A stretch of 64,000 nucleotides of DNA from Patescibacteria group bacterium (GCA_041665145.1 JBAYJK010000002.1:168339-232338), one strand, 5' to 3'; counted from the stretch's first letter, positions 52,869-63,308 are shown. Translations and numbers: made by a program. Notes: generated from the sequence alone by a model not told the origin.

Positions 52869-54971
52869 TTATTCGTATCGCAATGCGTTCAGCGCGGATA
52901 TTTTCTTAGCGCGCCGAGCAGGATACAAACCGGTAACTACTCCGACTACAAATGAGGAAATAAGAATAAAAATAGTCAAGAACGGCGGGACATATGTCAG
53001 CTGCAAAAAACCCGTTCCGCGTGTAATTGCAACCAATGATATTAAAATAGATAACGACTGGCCAACCACATATCCAAGGATAAGACCTCCAATTCCTCCT
53101 GAAAAACCCATAATCATAGCTTCGGCTAAAAAGAGATCCTGCACTTCACTCGAAACCATACCCATTGTTTTCATGCCGCCGATTTCACGAGTCCGCTCAA
53201 GAAGCGAAACAGTAAGTGTGTTAAACATACCAAGCGATGCAACGGCAAGAGCAACGAGTCCAAGCATACCGAGAATAAGTCTTAGATTCGCGAACAACGA
53301 TTCAATTTGTTTTACCGTGTCTACCGTGCTCGAGGTACGAAAACCCAGTGTTTCAATCTGTTTCCGCACAGAGGAAATATCGTCCTTATTCTCAACAGCA
53401 ATTTTGAGCTGTGAATAGTTATGAACACCGATACGTTGGATATCCGCAAACGGAATGTAAAAGAATGAGTTTTCTGCATCTTCTTGAACACCGACAATTC
53501 TATAGCTAACTTCCTCCGTGATCGCTTTCCCTCTCACCTCAGGCATTAACGCTTGAGAAATGATGAACACCGACTTAAAGGTTGTTCCGACAGCTCTGGA
53601 AAGCGGAATATCAAGAAGACTTAAGAAACCCGAAGAAACAATTGCTTCTCCACTCGGATCACTCGAAAAACGCAACGCTTTATTCACAACTGTTTTTGCC
53701 GATTCTGTAGCCTGCAACTGGACGAACTCCAAACCTCCTGAACTGGAGGCAGTACCGACTGTTTCATATGTATCAATACTGGCTGAAGCGGAAGCATCAG
53801 ACATTAACTCCCCACTGCCCGTAGCCTCACCCAGCACGGTCCCCTCACGGAATAACATTTCAGAGGTTATCTGGACCGACTTCCTGGTCAGACATCCTTC
53901 TTGCCATTTTTGTCTCCCGTTTGATTCCAAAATCGGGACCATTTTTCCATCAGCCATTTTGTCAAAGACCGGGACAAGAGCTCGCACCCATAACCCGAGT
54001 GAAAGTTGCTCTTTTGCATCATACGCGACACGGCCGTACGGATAAAACGGAGAATATTCGTTTCCCCAGACAAGCTTACCACCATACCCGCCCTCGATTC
54101 GAACGGTATACCCAATCAGAGAGTCGTTGACGGAACAGTCGGACCATACAACAGCAGGAGTGTCCGGGAGAATGTTGAAGTATGTTGTTGCTTTACTCAG
54201 GGCCGCACTGTAGGAACCGCTCTGGATTTCCGTGCTTTCTCCCGCAACCGTACCGAACAGTGCATCATCTGCAAGTGAATTAAATGCAAATGTCTTACCT
54301 TTTATTAATTTACTCGTTGTATCGAGATATTCCTGGGGTGCTGCATATACAAGAACATCGGTAGTTGCTCTGTTATAGCTTATTCTTCCCACAAGCGAGG
54401 TAATCGGAGTTGCTTTGGTTACTTTTGCCAGTTTATTGATTTTCCGCAGTATCTGGCTGTCGAGATGCAATGCTGTGTTTCCCCCTGTTGATACATCTAT
54501 GTATTTAAGCTCGTCTAACGTCGCTACCTTGCTGATGATAAGCCGCTCAACCCCATACCCAAGTGACAAAAGCAGCACAATAATTCCGACACCTACGGAC
54601 ATACCAAATATGGTAATGAGAGAGCGGGTCTTTTTGGCTAACAGATTCTTCAGAGCCAGGTTAATAAGGTATAAACGATTTATTTCAGTTGAGCGGGACC
54701 CGCTTATTTTAAGCACAATTGCATCGACAAATTTAAAACGGGAGGCTATATGGTGACCAACTCTAGCCAAAAGCTTTCCCAACAGCGGTATTTTCGTGAA
54801 TTGATGCAATAGTTTGTCTATCATGAAAAAACACAAGAGAAAAAAGAAGACACAGAAGAGATATAAGCCTCGGATGTGCCGTGGGACATTGCGCACGAAA
54901 CTCACAGCTTGTTTTGCCCACCACATCGGGTTTGCAAACGTTTTGGCTGTATGTATCAGTAAGTTTTTCAT
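52869..54971 (-). CDS. ABC transporter permease, FtsX/MacB type, with a large extracytoplasmic domain
   Basis: TM helices flank a loop of about 400 aa. The C-terminal FtsX module is REIGGMKTMGMVSSEVQDLFLAEAMIMG plus three TM helices. Confidence 0.8.
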   Translation of the reverse strand: MKNLLIHTAKTFANPMWWAKQAVSFVRNVPRHIRGLYLFCVFFFLLCFFMIDKLLHQFTKIPLLGKLLARVGHHIASRFKFVDAIVLKISGSRSTEINRLYLINLALKNLLAKKTRSLITIFGMSVGVGIIVLLLSLGYGVERLIISKVATLDELKYIDVSTGGNTALHLDSQILRKINKLAKVTKATPITSLVGRISYNRATTDVLVYAAPQEYLDTTSKLIKGKTFAFNSLADDALFGTVAGESTEIQSGSYSAALSKATTYFNILPDTPAVVWSDCSVNDSLIGYTVRIEGGYGGKLVWGNEYSPFYPYGRVAYDAKEQLSLGLWVRALVPVFDKMADGKMVPILESNGRQKWQEGCLTRKSVQITSEMLFREGTVLGEATGSGELMSDASASASIDTYETVGTASSSGGLEFVQLQATESAKTVVNKALRFSSDPSGEAIVSSGFLSLLDIPLSRAVGTTFKSVFIISQALMPEVRGKAITEEVSYRIVGVQEDAENSFFYIPFADIQRIGVHNYSQLKIAVENKDDISSVRKQIETLGFRTSSTVDTVKQIESLFANLRLILGMLGLVALAVASLGMFNTLTVSLLERTREIGGMKTMGMVSSEVQDLFLAEAMIMGFSGGIGGLILGYVVGQSLSILISLVAITRGTGFLQLTYVPPFLTIFILISSFVVGVVTGLYPARRAKKISALNALRYE

Positions 54972-54974
54972 ATT

Positions 54975-55790
54975 CTATAAATCAAGCTTCTTAAGAAATT
55001 CTTTGTCACGCACATTCGTCCCTTCGGTCGACCCACCAATTTCTTTTTTACCTATGTGTTGCTGTTTTAATAGTTTCCCCTTTGGTTTGTATTCCTCGAC
55101 AATCTCACCATCTATAATATGAAATATCTTTGTCGCATACTTCAGATATTCCAAGTCATGAGTAACCATAATGATCGTTTTTTGTTCTTCAATCAATCCA
55201 AGAAATCTCTCCAACAGTTCCTGCCCTGAATTAGTATCAAGATTACCCGTCGGTTCATCTGCAACAATAAGCATAGGATCCAGAATTAATGCCCGAGAGA
55301 GACTGATTTTTTGCTGCTGGCCGGAAGACAGTTCGGTCGGTTGATACCCGGCCCAACGTTCCATATCAACTTTTGCAAGGACTTGGTGAATTTTCTCATT
55401 TATTTTTTCTTCGTCCATGTTCAATAAGTTGAGCGGGAAAGCAATATTGTCACGCACATTATATGAGCCGATCCACAAAGGTTGTTGGTAGATCATCCCG
55501 ACCTTATGCCGTCGATATTGCGCACGTTCGTCCTCAGACATCGTATAGAAGCTCTTTCCTTCAACCAATACTTCGCCTGATGTTGGATTTTCCAACCCCA
55601 AAAGACAATGCAAAAGTGTGGACTTACCGCACCCTGACGGTCCGAATATGATTACGAACTCACCTTCATCAACTGTCAGATTAATCCCTTTCAAAACTTC
55701 CACCTGACCCTCACCCACTTTAAATGATTTTCGCAAATCTTTTGCCGCCAACACGGTTTTTTTCGAGTCTGTCATATTATTTTCCAACAT
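54975..55790 (-). CDS. ABC transporter ATP-binding protein (MacB/LolD-like)
   Basis: Walker A is GPSGCGKST, the signature is LSSGQQQKISLSRAL, Walker B is LIVADEPTGNLD, and the H-loop is VTHD. Confidence 0.9.
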   Translation of the reverse strand: MLENNMTDSKKTVLAAKDLRKSFKVGEGQVEVLKGINLTVDEGEFVIIFGPSGCGKSTLLHCLLGLENPTSGEVLVEGKSFYTMSEDERAQYRRHKVGMIYQQPLWIGSYNVRDNIAFPLNLLNMDEEKINEKIHQVLAKVDMERWAGYQPTELSSGQQQKISLSRALILDPMLIVADEPTGNLDTNSGQELLERFLGLIEEQKTIIMVTHDLEYLKYATKIFHIIDGEIVEEYKPKGKLLKQQHIGKKEIGGSTEGTNVRDKEFLKKLDL

Positions 55791-58700
55791 TCTTTAAAAA
55801 CCCGAATGTTTTGGCGAGGTTTTCAACTACTAATGTCAATGCGTCTTGAGTGGACTTTGGTGTAACAATAACCGAGTCCGCAGATTGCGCGATATTTGCG
55901 GCCTTGTCCTTGGAAATCGCACGTAGATGATAAATGCGCGCCGGTGACAACCCGGTAACCGTAACAATGTGATTGGTTGTCTTATTCGTATCCTCCTGCG
56001 TTGTCTGACCATATGAGGTACCTGTACCCTGAGCATATTCGACTTGAGTCGTAGCAGGCTCATCCGTATCCCAACTGGCTATTATTTGAGCCTTGGCATC
56101 ACTACCAATTCCGGTAATTGTGCTTTCGACATTGAGATTCAAAATCTCCGGTGGTCTAAAATCAACAGCCGTTTTTGCTTTAAGCGGAGCGGAAACTGCC
56201 TCGTTGCCAGCGCTGTCTTTACCTTTGATAAGAACAATGTAATCCGTGTCATCCAACAGATCTTTAATGATCATTTCATGATTAAGTTTCAAAGCCAGCG
56301 TAATTTGATCTTTGGCAGCAGACGGGTTATTCGCCGGATAATAGGTAACGATTGAGGAGACTGGAGCGTTAGACGTCCACACCACTCTGAATGTAGCCAT
56401 GGCCATACCGGCAACCTGCTGCAGTTTTGTCGCGGTAATTTTCGGAACCGGCAGCGTTTCAAATGTATAGTCGTCACCCGCAAATGTGTTTCCTTCCTCA
56501 TCTTTACCTACCAGTCGTAAATGATAGGGAGTACCTTCGGCAAGGTTGGTCAAACTCACTGTATATTCTGATTCTCCTGTTGCTGTTGCAATTGATTGTG
56601 AACTTCCGTAATTGATTGTCGGACCGTATTCGATGGTAGCTTGTGTAGAGTTTTTAACCGTAAATGTAACAAATGCCGAATATAAACTGACATCGGTTAT
56701 TTTTACCGCAGAAACGAACGGAGCCGGGTTGGTGGTAAACGAAAGCTCCTCGGTTTTTCCTGTATTTCCATCTTCATCGGTCCATACTGCCTGATAGTAA
56801 TAGGTTGTTCCCGGGTCAAGACTGTTGAGTGCTATGCTATGCAGCGTTACCGGATCGGACGAGCCTGCTTCGTTATCATATGTACCGGAGGTCTTGCCAT
56901 ATTTCACGAAAGAATTACTCTTTCTGCTTGTCGACCACTCGATGATTGCCGACTTTGTTTTGACCGTTGCAGATTGACTTGCCACGAGATCCGGAGCAAC
57001 TCGCCACTTGCCGTCCGGATACATCTTCACCGTACTCGAGGGAGCTGAACACTGATTTGTTACATTACAGGCTTTTACACAGAAATAGTTGTCTGTCTGA
57101 GTAAGTTTGTCATTAACAAATGAAGTATCGGTTAAGTACGACGCGACTTTGCTAAACGAGCTCATGTCGGTCGTACAATTCGCGCTGGTTTCTGTTGAAC
57201 GATACGCTTCGTAATAGGCAACACCGGCAGAGCCGCTTGCAACCGGTGCATCCCATGTTATCGCCAATCTCCATTTGCTCGTTTCTTTAACTGAAACATC
57301 CGCTATATCAACATCCGTCGGTATGCCCGGGGCGGATGTGTCTGCATAGAAATCTACGGACTCATGGGTGTTGTACGTCATATTCCCCACCTCATCTTTC
57401 GAAACAATATATATTGTGTTCTTACCTACTTGAGAGGCATAGAAATCAGACGGTAAATATGATTGTGATCCCGCGAGTGTCACATTCCCTGCAGTCGGGA
57501 GTGCATTGATTGAGTAATAGTATTTCAATCCCGCCTGAGTCCCACCGAAATACGCAGGTGGTTGCCATGTAAATGCAAATTCACCCGTTGTGCTGTGTTC
57601 AGGACTAACCTGTAAGCTTTGTACGGGACCGGGAGCAGTTTCAAGAAGTTGATAGGTTACGGTTTTATAGCTCACCGCATAATTACCTGCAACATCTTTG
57701 GTCCGCAAATAAAACGTATTGTTCCCTTCCTGGTACGCGGAAATACTGCTGACTGACAAATCATATGTACACAACTCAGATGAACCGATAGCTCCGGTTT
57801 TATAGCAATACTCGAGGTCCGGGGCAGCCTCGCTCCAGCTAAAATTATACGAATTAACATTAGTGGGACCCGGTGGGTCAACAATAAGCGTGGTCGGATT
57901 GTCCGGTTTTTGATCGTTAAATTTATAGGTAAATGCAGCATATTCTCCGCTACTGATATTTCCCGCATTGTCTTTTGTTTTAATTCGTAAATAATACGTC
58001 TGACCTGCTGTTAAATTGGTTGGCGTAAGGTGAGTCGTCGTCTGGTACGTTCCCTCGGTGATGATATCTGCGCTTGGAGAGGCATCAAAATATACGTAAT
58101 AACCAGCAATCCCCGCGCCGTTTGCACCGTCAGTTGCTCCTCCAATTACCTCGTCATCAGGCCATTCGAAATACGGAGCAGTGTGGTTATACCAATTTCC
58201 AGACGTGAGAGCAGCGCTTTTTGTGGCCGTAGTATAAGCCAAGACTGAAGTCGGGTTTATTGGCTCATCGACGTCCTGATAATATGAAATTGTATAATCA
58301 TTAATTGTCGGTGAATACACTCCATCGCCAGAGGTCAGATCGAATTTCACCTGGAGATACCGTTTTGTTGCCGACCCAATCTTATAAGTCCTGTTAGTCC
58401 CGACGATCTTCTCACTGGTCGCAAGCTGCCACTCGTCCCAGGTAGCATTATCAGACGAGGTTCGTGTGGATACGGCGATAGCAGAGTTGGTTGCAGAAAC
58501 ATAATTTAGATTAAGATTTGCAAACCGATAAACGGCCGTGAGATCAATTGATCCCGAGATGTAACTTCCCGACTCCTGAAAAGAAGTAGTGTCTGATTGC
58601 ATGACGTAGGTATATAATCCGTTCGTATATGTGTTTGTCCCTCCTCCAGCGATTACCAACATTTTTTCGGTGCCAAACGCAGCTCCCGACCCTCCAGTGT

Positions 58701-61700
58701 AGATCTGCGCAGGGGCGTTAGCAATTGCAGTCCACGAGTTTCCGGAAATTGAGTACGAATAACACCCAACCTGATTACCCCCTCGGCACGCATACAACAG
58801 ATCATTACCACCGTCAACCAAGAAACCGTCATTATACACAAGTGCACCGGTTGGTAAATCAGCAACTGCGGGATCGCTCCAGACCGGCGTTCCGGAAAGA
58901 GGTCCGTAGCGGTAAAAAGCTACGGTATTCTGACCGCGAAGCGCATACAAGTAATCATTCTTAATTACCAGGTCAGATCCATACTGGAGTGTCCCCGGCG
59001 GGTTAGCAAGAGCCGCGCTCCATTTCGCACCAGCCGTTCCTTGTGTATTAAACCGATAGAACCTTTGTGTCGTTTGTCCCTGTGTCCAATAGATATATTG
59101 CGCACCATCATAGACCATGCTCGTACCATAGTCAGGATCAAATGGTGGCGGATCCAACGTTTCTTCACTCCATACGTCCGTTGCAATATCATATATAAAC
59201 AGCTTGCGATAATAAGAGCTGGTAGTAGCATAAATCTTGTTGTGCGTCGATTCGTAGACCAGTTTTCCACCGTTATAAAAACCGGCGGGAGCGTCTGCAA
59301 GTTTCGTAATTTCTCCGGTCAGTGGATTGTAACGTGAAAATAGATTGTCAAAATTTCCGCGGACAAGATAAAAGTTATTCCCGTCTCCCCGAATAATGTC
59401 CGCACCATACGAAAATGTCCTCACATCATTGCCCCTGAACCACCCATTAAACAGACCGACGTTCGGAATCATCCACGATTGTTTGGCAATATTATATTTA
59501 TAGAATTGTTGACCTCCACCACCTCTGATAACATACAAGACACCGTTGACATTGCGAAGCGTTGATCCTGCGGCAATCGCAAGCGGAGCATCAGGTAACG
59601 TACTCCATGTTTGGGAGGCGATATCATACTTAAAGAAGAGTGTTGTATTCCATCCTGCCAAAAAGTATATTGCATTGGTTGTCTCATCAAATTCGATGTT
59701 TGCACCTCCTGCCGCAAGCGCCGGAAGATTTGGTAGTTGTGTCCAGGAATTATTGGAGACATCATAAGTTGCAAATCCTGAACGAGCACTTCCCTGCATT
59801 ACGTATATGATATTGTTTGTCCTGTCCATCGCCAAGTCTCCTCCATCCTGTACTACATTATTCACCTGTCTTTCAGGGGCACCAAAATCAATATTTGCAA
59901 GCGTCTCCCAGTTGTCGGTATCCGTATCGTATCGCATAAATGTGTCGTCACTGTTCCCTTTGAGGGCATATATATAGTGACCACCGTCATACACCAATGA
60001 CCCACCATAACTTATTGGTTGTGGCGCATCTGCGGGAGAATCGCTCCACGTATTTTCTGAAATATTGTAACTCCAAAAGCTCGTTGTATTTTGCCCACGG
60101 GTTCCGTACAAATATCCTGCAGGACCCTCTATAACATCGTCTCCATAGTAGGCAGTTGCAGGAAGGGCCCCTTTGGTAGTCCACACATCAGTGGTTAGAT
60201 CATACTCATAAAAGGTGGTACTTCCATAACCTCGATTTAAATACATTTTGTTCGTTGAGGAGACATACGCAAGGTCGGAACCATAGTAAATACCAGCCGG
60301 CGGCATCGTCAATCTCTCTTGTTGCCAGAAACCCGCCTTTGGAGAGAGCGTGATTTTGCCACTTTGTGTTGAGATGTTTGTTGCAACACCATCCAAAAAG
60401 TCTTCAGTAGATGTTTTGGTAACAGTCTGAGGAGGCGAAACACCAATGTAAGTATATACGAACCCGGTTACAGCAGCCGAAACATTATTACTTGTATCCT
60501 TTGTCTTCAACCGCAGGTAATATGTTTCTCCCTTGATCATCGGCTGCGTCACTAAATAGTTAAGTTCTGTTTGTAGCGCGCCCAGCGTTTGAGGATCAGC
60601 GGCACTGTTTGTTCCAAAATAGACATAGTACCCGGCAACTGACATCTGACTGTCGGAGCCTACTGTCCAACTTATATACGGTGAGGTATGTTTGTAACTC
60701 TGTCCTGAAGTAATTGCAACTCCGCCGGCGGCTTGAGAAAGGCCGGAAAATGTTGCCGGATTACTTGGGGCAATTTCATCACCGGTATAATTAATCTGTA
60801 AAGATTGTATGCTGGGAGTTTGCGAACGTCCTGTTGATGCAGCGAGTGTCGCCCGTACCTGAATGTAACGCGCCGGATTTGAGGCAATTGCTGTTCCACT
60901 CACTGTTTGCCAACCGCTCCATGTTACTTGATCGCTACTCGTTCGGGTTTCGAAAATAATCGACGAATCATCGGGAGTAGTTGTCCAAGCAATAAGCGAA
61001 GCAAAGCTTTGTACGTAGTTTAAATCGAGCACATTACTCGTCCAAGAACCGGACGCAACATAGTTATAGGCTGATGGTGTGTACTGATGAAGCCCGAGGA
61101 GATTTTGTCCACTTATCGAGTATATCGCCCCGTTTGAACTATTTATTGTCAGTGACCCCCCATTGTATGGTCCGTTACTATAATAATAGGTCGATTGTAG
61201 ATCGGGAAGCCTGCGCCAAGAATTTGTTGCAATTATATATTCCCAAAAATCCGGTTTATAGTAACCAGCTTGAAAGAATATCTTCCCGCCATAATAGCGC
61301 ATATCCGTTCCCCAGTGAGGTGTAAACGGGAGACTATTGACCACTGTCCATGTGTTAGTACCAACAACATATTTCAAGAGCGAAGAGGTCCCATACCCGC
61401 TGGAATAATAAATATCCGTTCCATCGGACGTTAGGCGTGAACCGTACGCAGCTTCCGCATTATCGGGAAGGTCTGCAACCGCAGGATCACTCCATGTATC
61501 AGTGGATATTTGATATCTCCAGAAAATACGTGTCACAGCGCCTCGCGTACCGTAAATAAAGTCACCGCTTCCCGGATACACAAGAGTTGCACCATAATTC
61601 ACGGCAACTGGAGTTAATGCAGCTAGTGTTGTCCAAGTACCACCTGTAGTACTGTATTTATAAAAATCGCGTCCACCACTCCCCCGATAATAGTAAATAT

Positions 61701-62946
61701 CGCTTCCAACCAATACGCCTTTCGTATCATCGTTGAAATTAACCGGTGCGCTAGTGAGTGTGGTCCATATCCCGGTTGCAACTTCATATCGGTAATAGAG
61801 CGCTGAATTATTGCCTCTGGCATAGTAAATAAACCCATTATAGTAAGTTATGTCCGCACCGGATCCAGGCGTGTTTGGAAGGTCAGTCGGTCCCAAAAAC
61901 ACATTAGTGGTGGGATTATACTTCCAAAAATCATACTGCCCATTACCTCTGAAGACATAAACATAATCGTCAGCTGCATTATAAACCGCCCCGACATAAC
62001 GAGTCGCTTGCGGTGTATTTGTCAAGGTGGTCCATGTATTTGAACTGATGTTGTACTTATAGAATGTTTGAGTTGCCTGGCCTCGGGTAACAAATATCTC
62101 ATCACCGCGCAGAGCTGCTGTTTTATCCTCAGTATTGCTCGCAGGCATAACTGCCAAAGGGGTTGTATTGTTCGTCGTGGTCGTATGCCACGAGTTTGCA
62201 GAGACATTGTAACGATACATTGTAGTTGTACCACCGCCTCGCAGGGCATAAAAATTACCGTCGTAATAATTCAGGATTGCTCCGTTATACATAGCAAGAG
62301 CCGGATTCGAAACTCCCGACCATGTATTTGTTGCGACGGTGTATTTCCAAAAGTCGGTAGTCGAGGTTCCCCGAAGACAAAATATGTTTGTTCCATCTGT
62401 TGAGCATGAAGCACCACCATAAACTAAGTCCAGCATGTTTGACAAAGCTTCCCAGGTGTTCGTCTGAATAGAATACCGATAAAATTCTTTTTGATACCCT
62501 CCGAACTCGGCATAAATATAGTTTCCCAGCACAACAAGTTGCGCACCCGGATAACTGAACTTTGGAGCAGGGGCAAGCGTCTTCCATTTGTTTTCGGAGG
62601 GAATATACCGTACGAAGTGGTTATCGGCGTTATGAAGAATGTATACATACTCTCCATCCGACGCGATCGCAGCCTGGTCACCAAGAGTAAGATTCGGGGT
62701 TTTGAATGCCCGAGGACCCCACGCTCCATCCGGCTGTAAACTCAATGTTCCTTCTTTACTGGCAGTGTTAGTTCCATTTTGCAGCCCAAGTTCGAAATCA
62801 CTTCGGGATGTAACTGTCCGCGAAGCAGCTTGTACTTTCGGTGGCATAAGCGTAGTATGGAAAAAATACCACACTGTTAGCCCCCCAAAAATCAACAACG
62901 CTCCCGTGATATGGTTAACAACTTTGTGCATATAATTACTATACAT
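55777..62946 (-). CDS. giant N-terminally anchored surface protein (2389 aa): two supermodules of about 800 aa (12 Kelch-like blades + beta-sandwich + FN3-like) followed by an FN3-like array
   Basis: N-terminal TM ITGALLIFGGLTVWYFF. There are 24 occurrences of the blade motif [FLMC][YWF]x[YF]xxxxxx[WF] at a period of about 44-48 aa. The C-terminal domains carry KD(x)AGN and (I/V)EYG motifs. The gene overlaps the ABC ATPase start by 14 nt. Confidence 0.8.
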   Translation of the reverse strand: MYSNYMHKVVNHITGALLIFGGLTVWYFFHTTLMPPKVQAASRTVTSRSDFELGLQNGTNTASKEGTLSLQPDGAWGPRAFKTPNLTLGDQAAIASDGEYVYILHNADNHFVRYIPSENKWKTLAPAPKFSYPGAQLVVLGNYIYAEFGGYQKEFYRYSIQTNTWEALSNMLDLVYGGASCSTDGTNIFCLRGTSTTDFWKYTVATNTWSGVSNPALAMYNGAILNYYDGNFYALRGGGTTTMYRYNVSANSWHTTTTNNTTPLAVMPASNTEDKTAALRGDEIFVTRGQATQTFYKYNISSNTWTTLTNTPQATRYVGAVYNAADDYVYVFRGNGQYDFWKYNPTTNVFLGPTDLPNTPGSGADITYYNGFIYYARGNNSALYYRYEVATGIWTTLTSAPVNFNDDTKGVLVGSDIYYYRGSGGRDFYKYSTTGGTWTTLAALTPVAVNYGATLVYPGSGDFIYGTRGAVTRIFWRYQISTDTWSDPAVADLPDNAEAAYGSRLTSDGTDIYYSSGYGTSSLLKYVVGTNTWTVVNSLPFTPHWGTDMRYYGGKIFFQAGYYKPDFWEYIIATNSWRRLPDLQSTYYYSNGPYNGGSLTINSSNGAIYSISGQNLLGLHQYTPSAYNYVASGSWTSNVLDLNYVQSFASLIAWTTTPDDSSIIFETRTSSDQVTWSGWQTVSGTAIASNPARYIQVRATLAASTGRSQTPSIQSLQINYTGDEIAPSNPATFSGLSQAAGGVAITSGQSYKHTSPYISWTVGSDSQMSVAGYYVYFGTNSAADPQTLGALQTELNYLVTQPMIKGETYYLRLKTKDTSNNVSAAVTGFVYTYIGVSPPQTVTKTSTEDFLDGVATNISTQSGKITLSPKAGFWQQERLTMPPAGIYYGSDLAYVSSTNKMYLNRGYGSTTFYEYDLTTDVWTTKGALPATAYYGDDVIEGPAGYLYGTRGQNTTSFWSYNISENTWSDSPADAPQPISYGGSLVYDGGHYIYALKGNSDDTFMRYDTDTDNWETLANIDFGAPERQVNNVVQDGGDLAMDRTNNIIYVMQGSARSGFATYDVSNNSWTQLPNLPALAAGGANIEFDETTNAIYFLAGWNTTLFFKYDIASQTWSTLPDAPLAIAAGSTLRNVNGVLYVIRGGGGQQFYKYNIAKQSWMIPNVGLFNGWFRGNDVRTFSYGADIIRGDGNNFYLVRGNFDNLFSRYNPLTGEITKLADAPAGFYNGGKLVYESTHNKIYATTSSYYRKLFIYDIATDVWSEETLDPPPFDPDYGTSMVYDGAQYIYWTQGQTTQRFYRFNTQGTAGAKWSAALANPPGTLQYGSDLVIKNDYLYALRGQNTVAFYRYGPLSGTPVWSDPAVADLPTGALVYNDGFLVDGGNDLLYACRGGNQVGCYSYSISGNSWTAIANAPAQIYTGGSGAAFGTEKMLVIAGGGTNTYTNGLYTYVMQSDTTSFQESGSYISGSIDLTAVYRFANLNLNYVSATNSAIAVSTRTSSDNATWDEWQLATSEKIVGTNRTYKIGSATKRYLQVKFDLTSGDGVYSPTINDYTISYYQDVDEPINPTSVLAYTTATKSAALTSGNWYNHTAPYFEWPDDEVIGGATDGANGAGIAGYYVYFDASPSADIITEGTYQTTTHLTPTNLTAGQTYYLRIKTKDNAGNISSGEYAAFTYKFNDQKPDNPTTLIVDPPGPTNVNSYNFSWSEAAPDLEYCYKTGAIGSSELCTYDLSVSSISAYQEGNNTFYLRTKDVAGNYAVSYKTVTYQLLETAPGPVQSLQVSPEHSTTGEFAFTWQPPAYFGGTQAGLKYYYSINALPTAGNVTLAGSQSYLPSDFYASQVGKNTIYIVSKDEVGNMTYNTHESVDFYADTSAPGIPTDVDIADVSVKETSKWRLAITWDAPVASGSAGVAYYEAYRSTETSANCTTDMSSFSKVASYLTDTSFVNDKLTQTDNYFCVKACNVTNQCSAPSSTVKMYPDGKWRVAPDLVASQSATVKTKSAIIEWSTSRKSNSFVKYGKTSGTYDNEAGSSDPVTLHSIALNSLDPGTTYYYQAVWTDEDGNTGKTEELSFTTNPAPFVSAVKITDVSLYSAFVTFTVKNSTQATIEYGPTINYGSSQSIATATGESEYTVSLTNLAEGTPYHLRLVGKDEEGNTFAGDDYTFETLPVPKITATKLQQVAGMAMATFRVVWTSNAPVSSIVTYYPANNPSAAKDQITLALKLNHEMIIKDLLDDTDYIVLIKGKDSAGNEAVSAPLKAKTAVDFRPPEILNLNVESTITGIGSDAKAQIIASWDTDEPATTQVEYAQGTGTSYGQTTQEDTNKTTNHIVTVTGLSPARIYHLRAISKDKAANIAQSADSVIVTPKSTQDALTLVVENLAKTFGFLKNVGK

Positions 62947-62962
62947 ATTTTGTGTGTATTTG

Positions 62963-63268
62963 CTAGTACGTACGCACCAGTTCTACGACAATTTGTAACA
63001 AGTCCTGTCTTGAGATTAATTTCTCATTAAGTCTCCACCGCAATCCTCTACCGCCTTCGGCTTTGCCCCAGGGCAAAACAAGATGTTCGCCGTTAATAAT
63101 TTGGCGTGACAAAGATGAGAAAACGCCGCCGAGTGCTTTACCTTCCACTTTGATTGTTTTACCAGAGGTAATTGAGGCAACAATACCCTCCTCGCTTGAT
63201 GCGAGTGTTTTAAGCGCTTTCAGTTGATTGGGGCTCAACCGATATAGTTTTTGCTCGATTAAATTCAT
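62963..63268 (-). CDS. hypothetical protein (101 aa), first gene of the giant-protein operon
   Basis: The ORF lies 16 nt upstream of the giant gene. A consensus promoter is at 63280..63308. Confidence 0.5.
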   Translation of the reverse strand: MNLIEQKLYRLSPNQLKALKTLASSEEGIVASITSGKTIKVEGKALGGVFSSLSRQIINGEHLVLPWGKAEGGRGLRWRLNEKLISRQDLLQIVVELVRTY

Positions 63269-63279
63269 ACTCAGAATCC

Positions 63280-63308
63280 AGTATAGACATGCACTCTATC
63301 CATGTCAA
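63280..63308 (-). promoter_or_regulatory. sigma70-like promoter of the 101-aa / giant protein / ABC operon
   Basis: Minus strand: TTGACA (63303..63308), 17-nt spacer, TATACT (63280..63285). Confidence 0.6.

Noticed and set aside
51350-62946. A search for an LPXTG-type sorting signal that would make the giant protein or a neighbouring protein a substrate of the sortase at 51350..52066.
   Set aside because: No LPXTG followed by a hydrophobic and positively charged tail was seen at the C-termini of the giant protein, the PEGA protein or the FN3 protein. No sortase-substrate claim is made.
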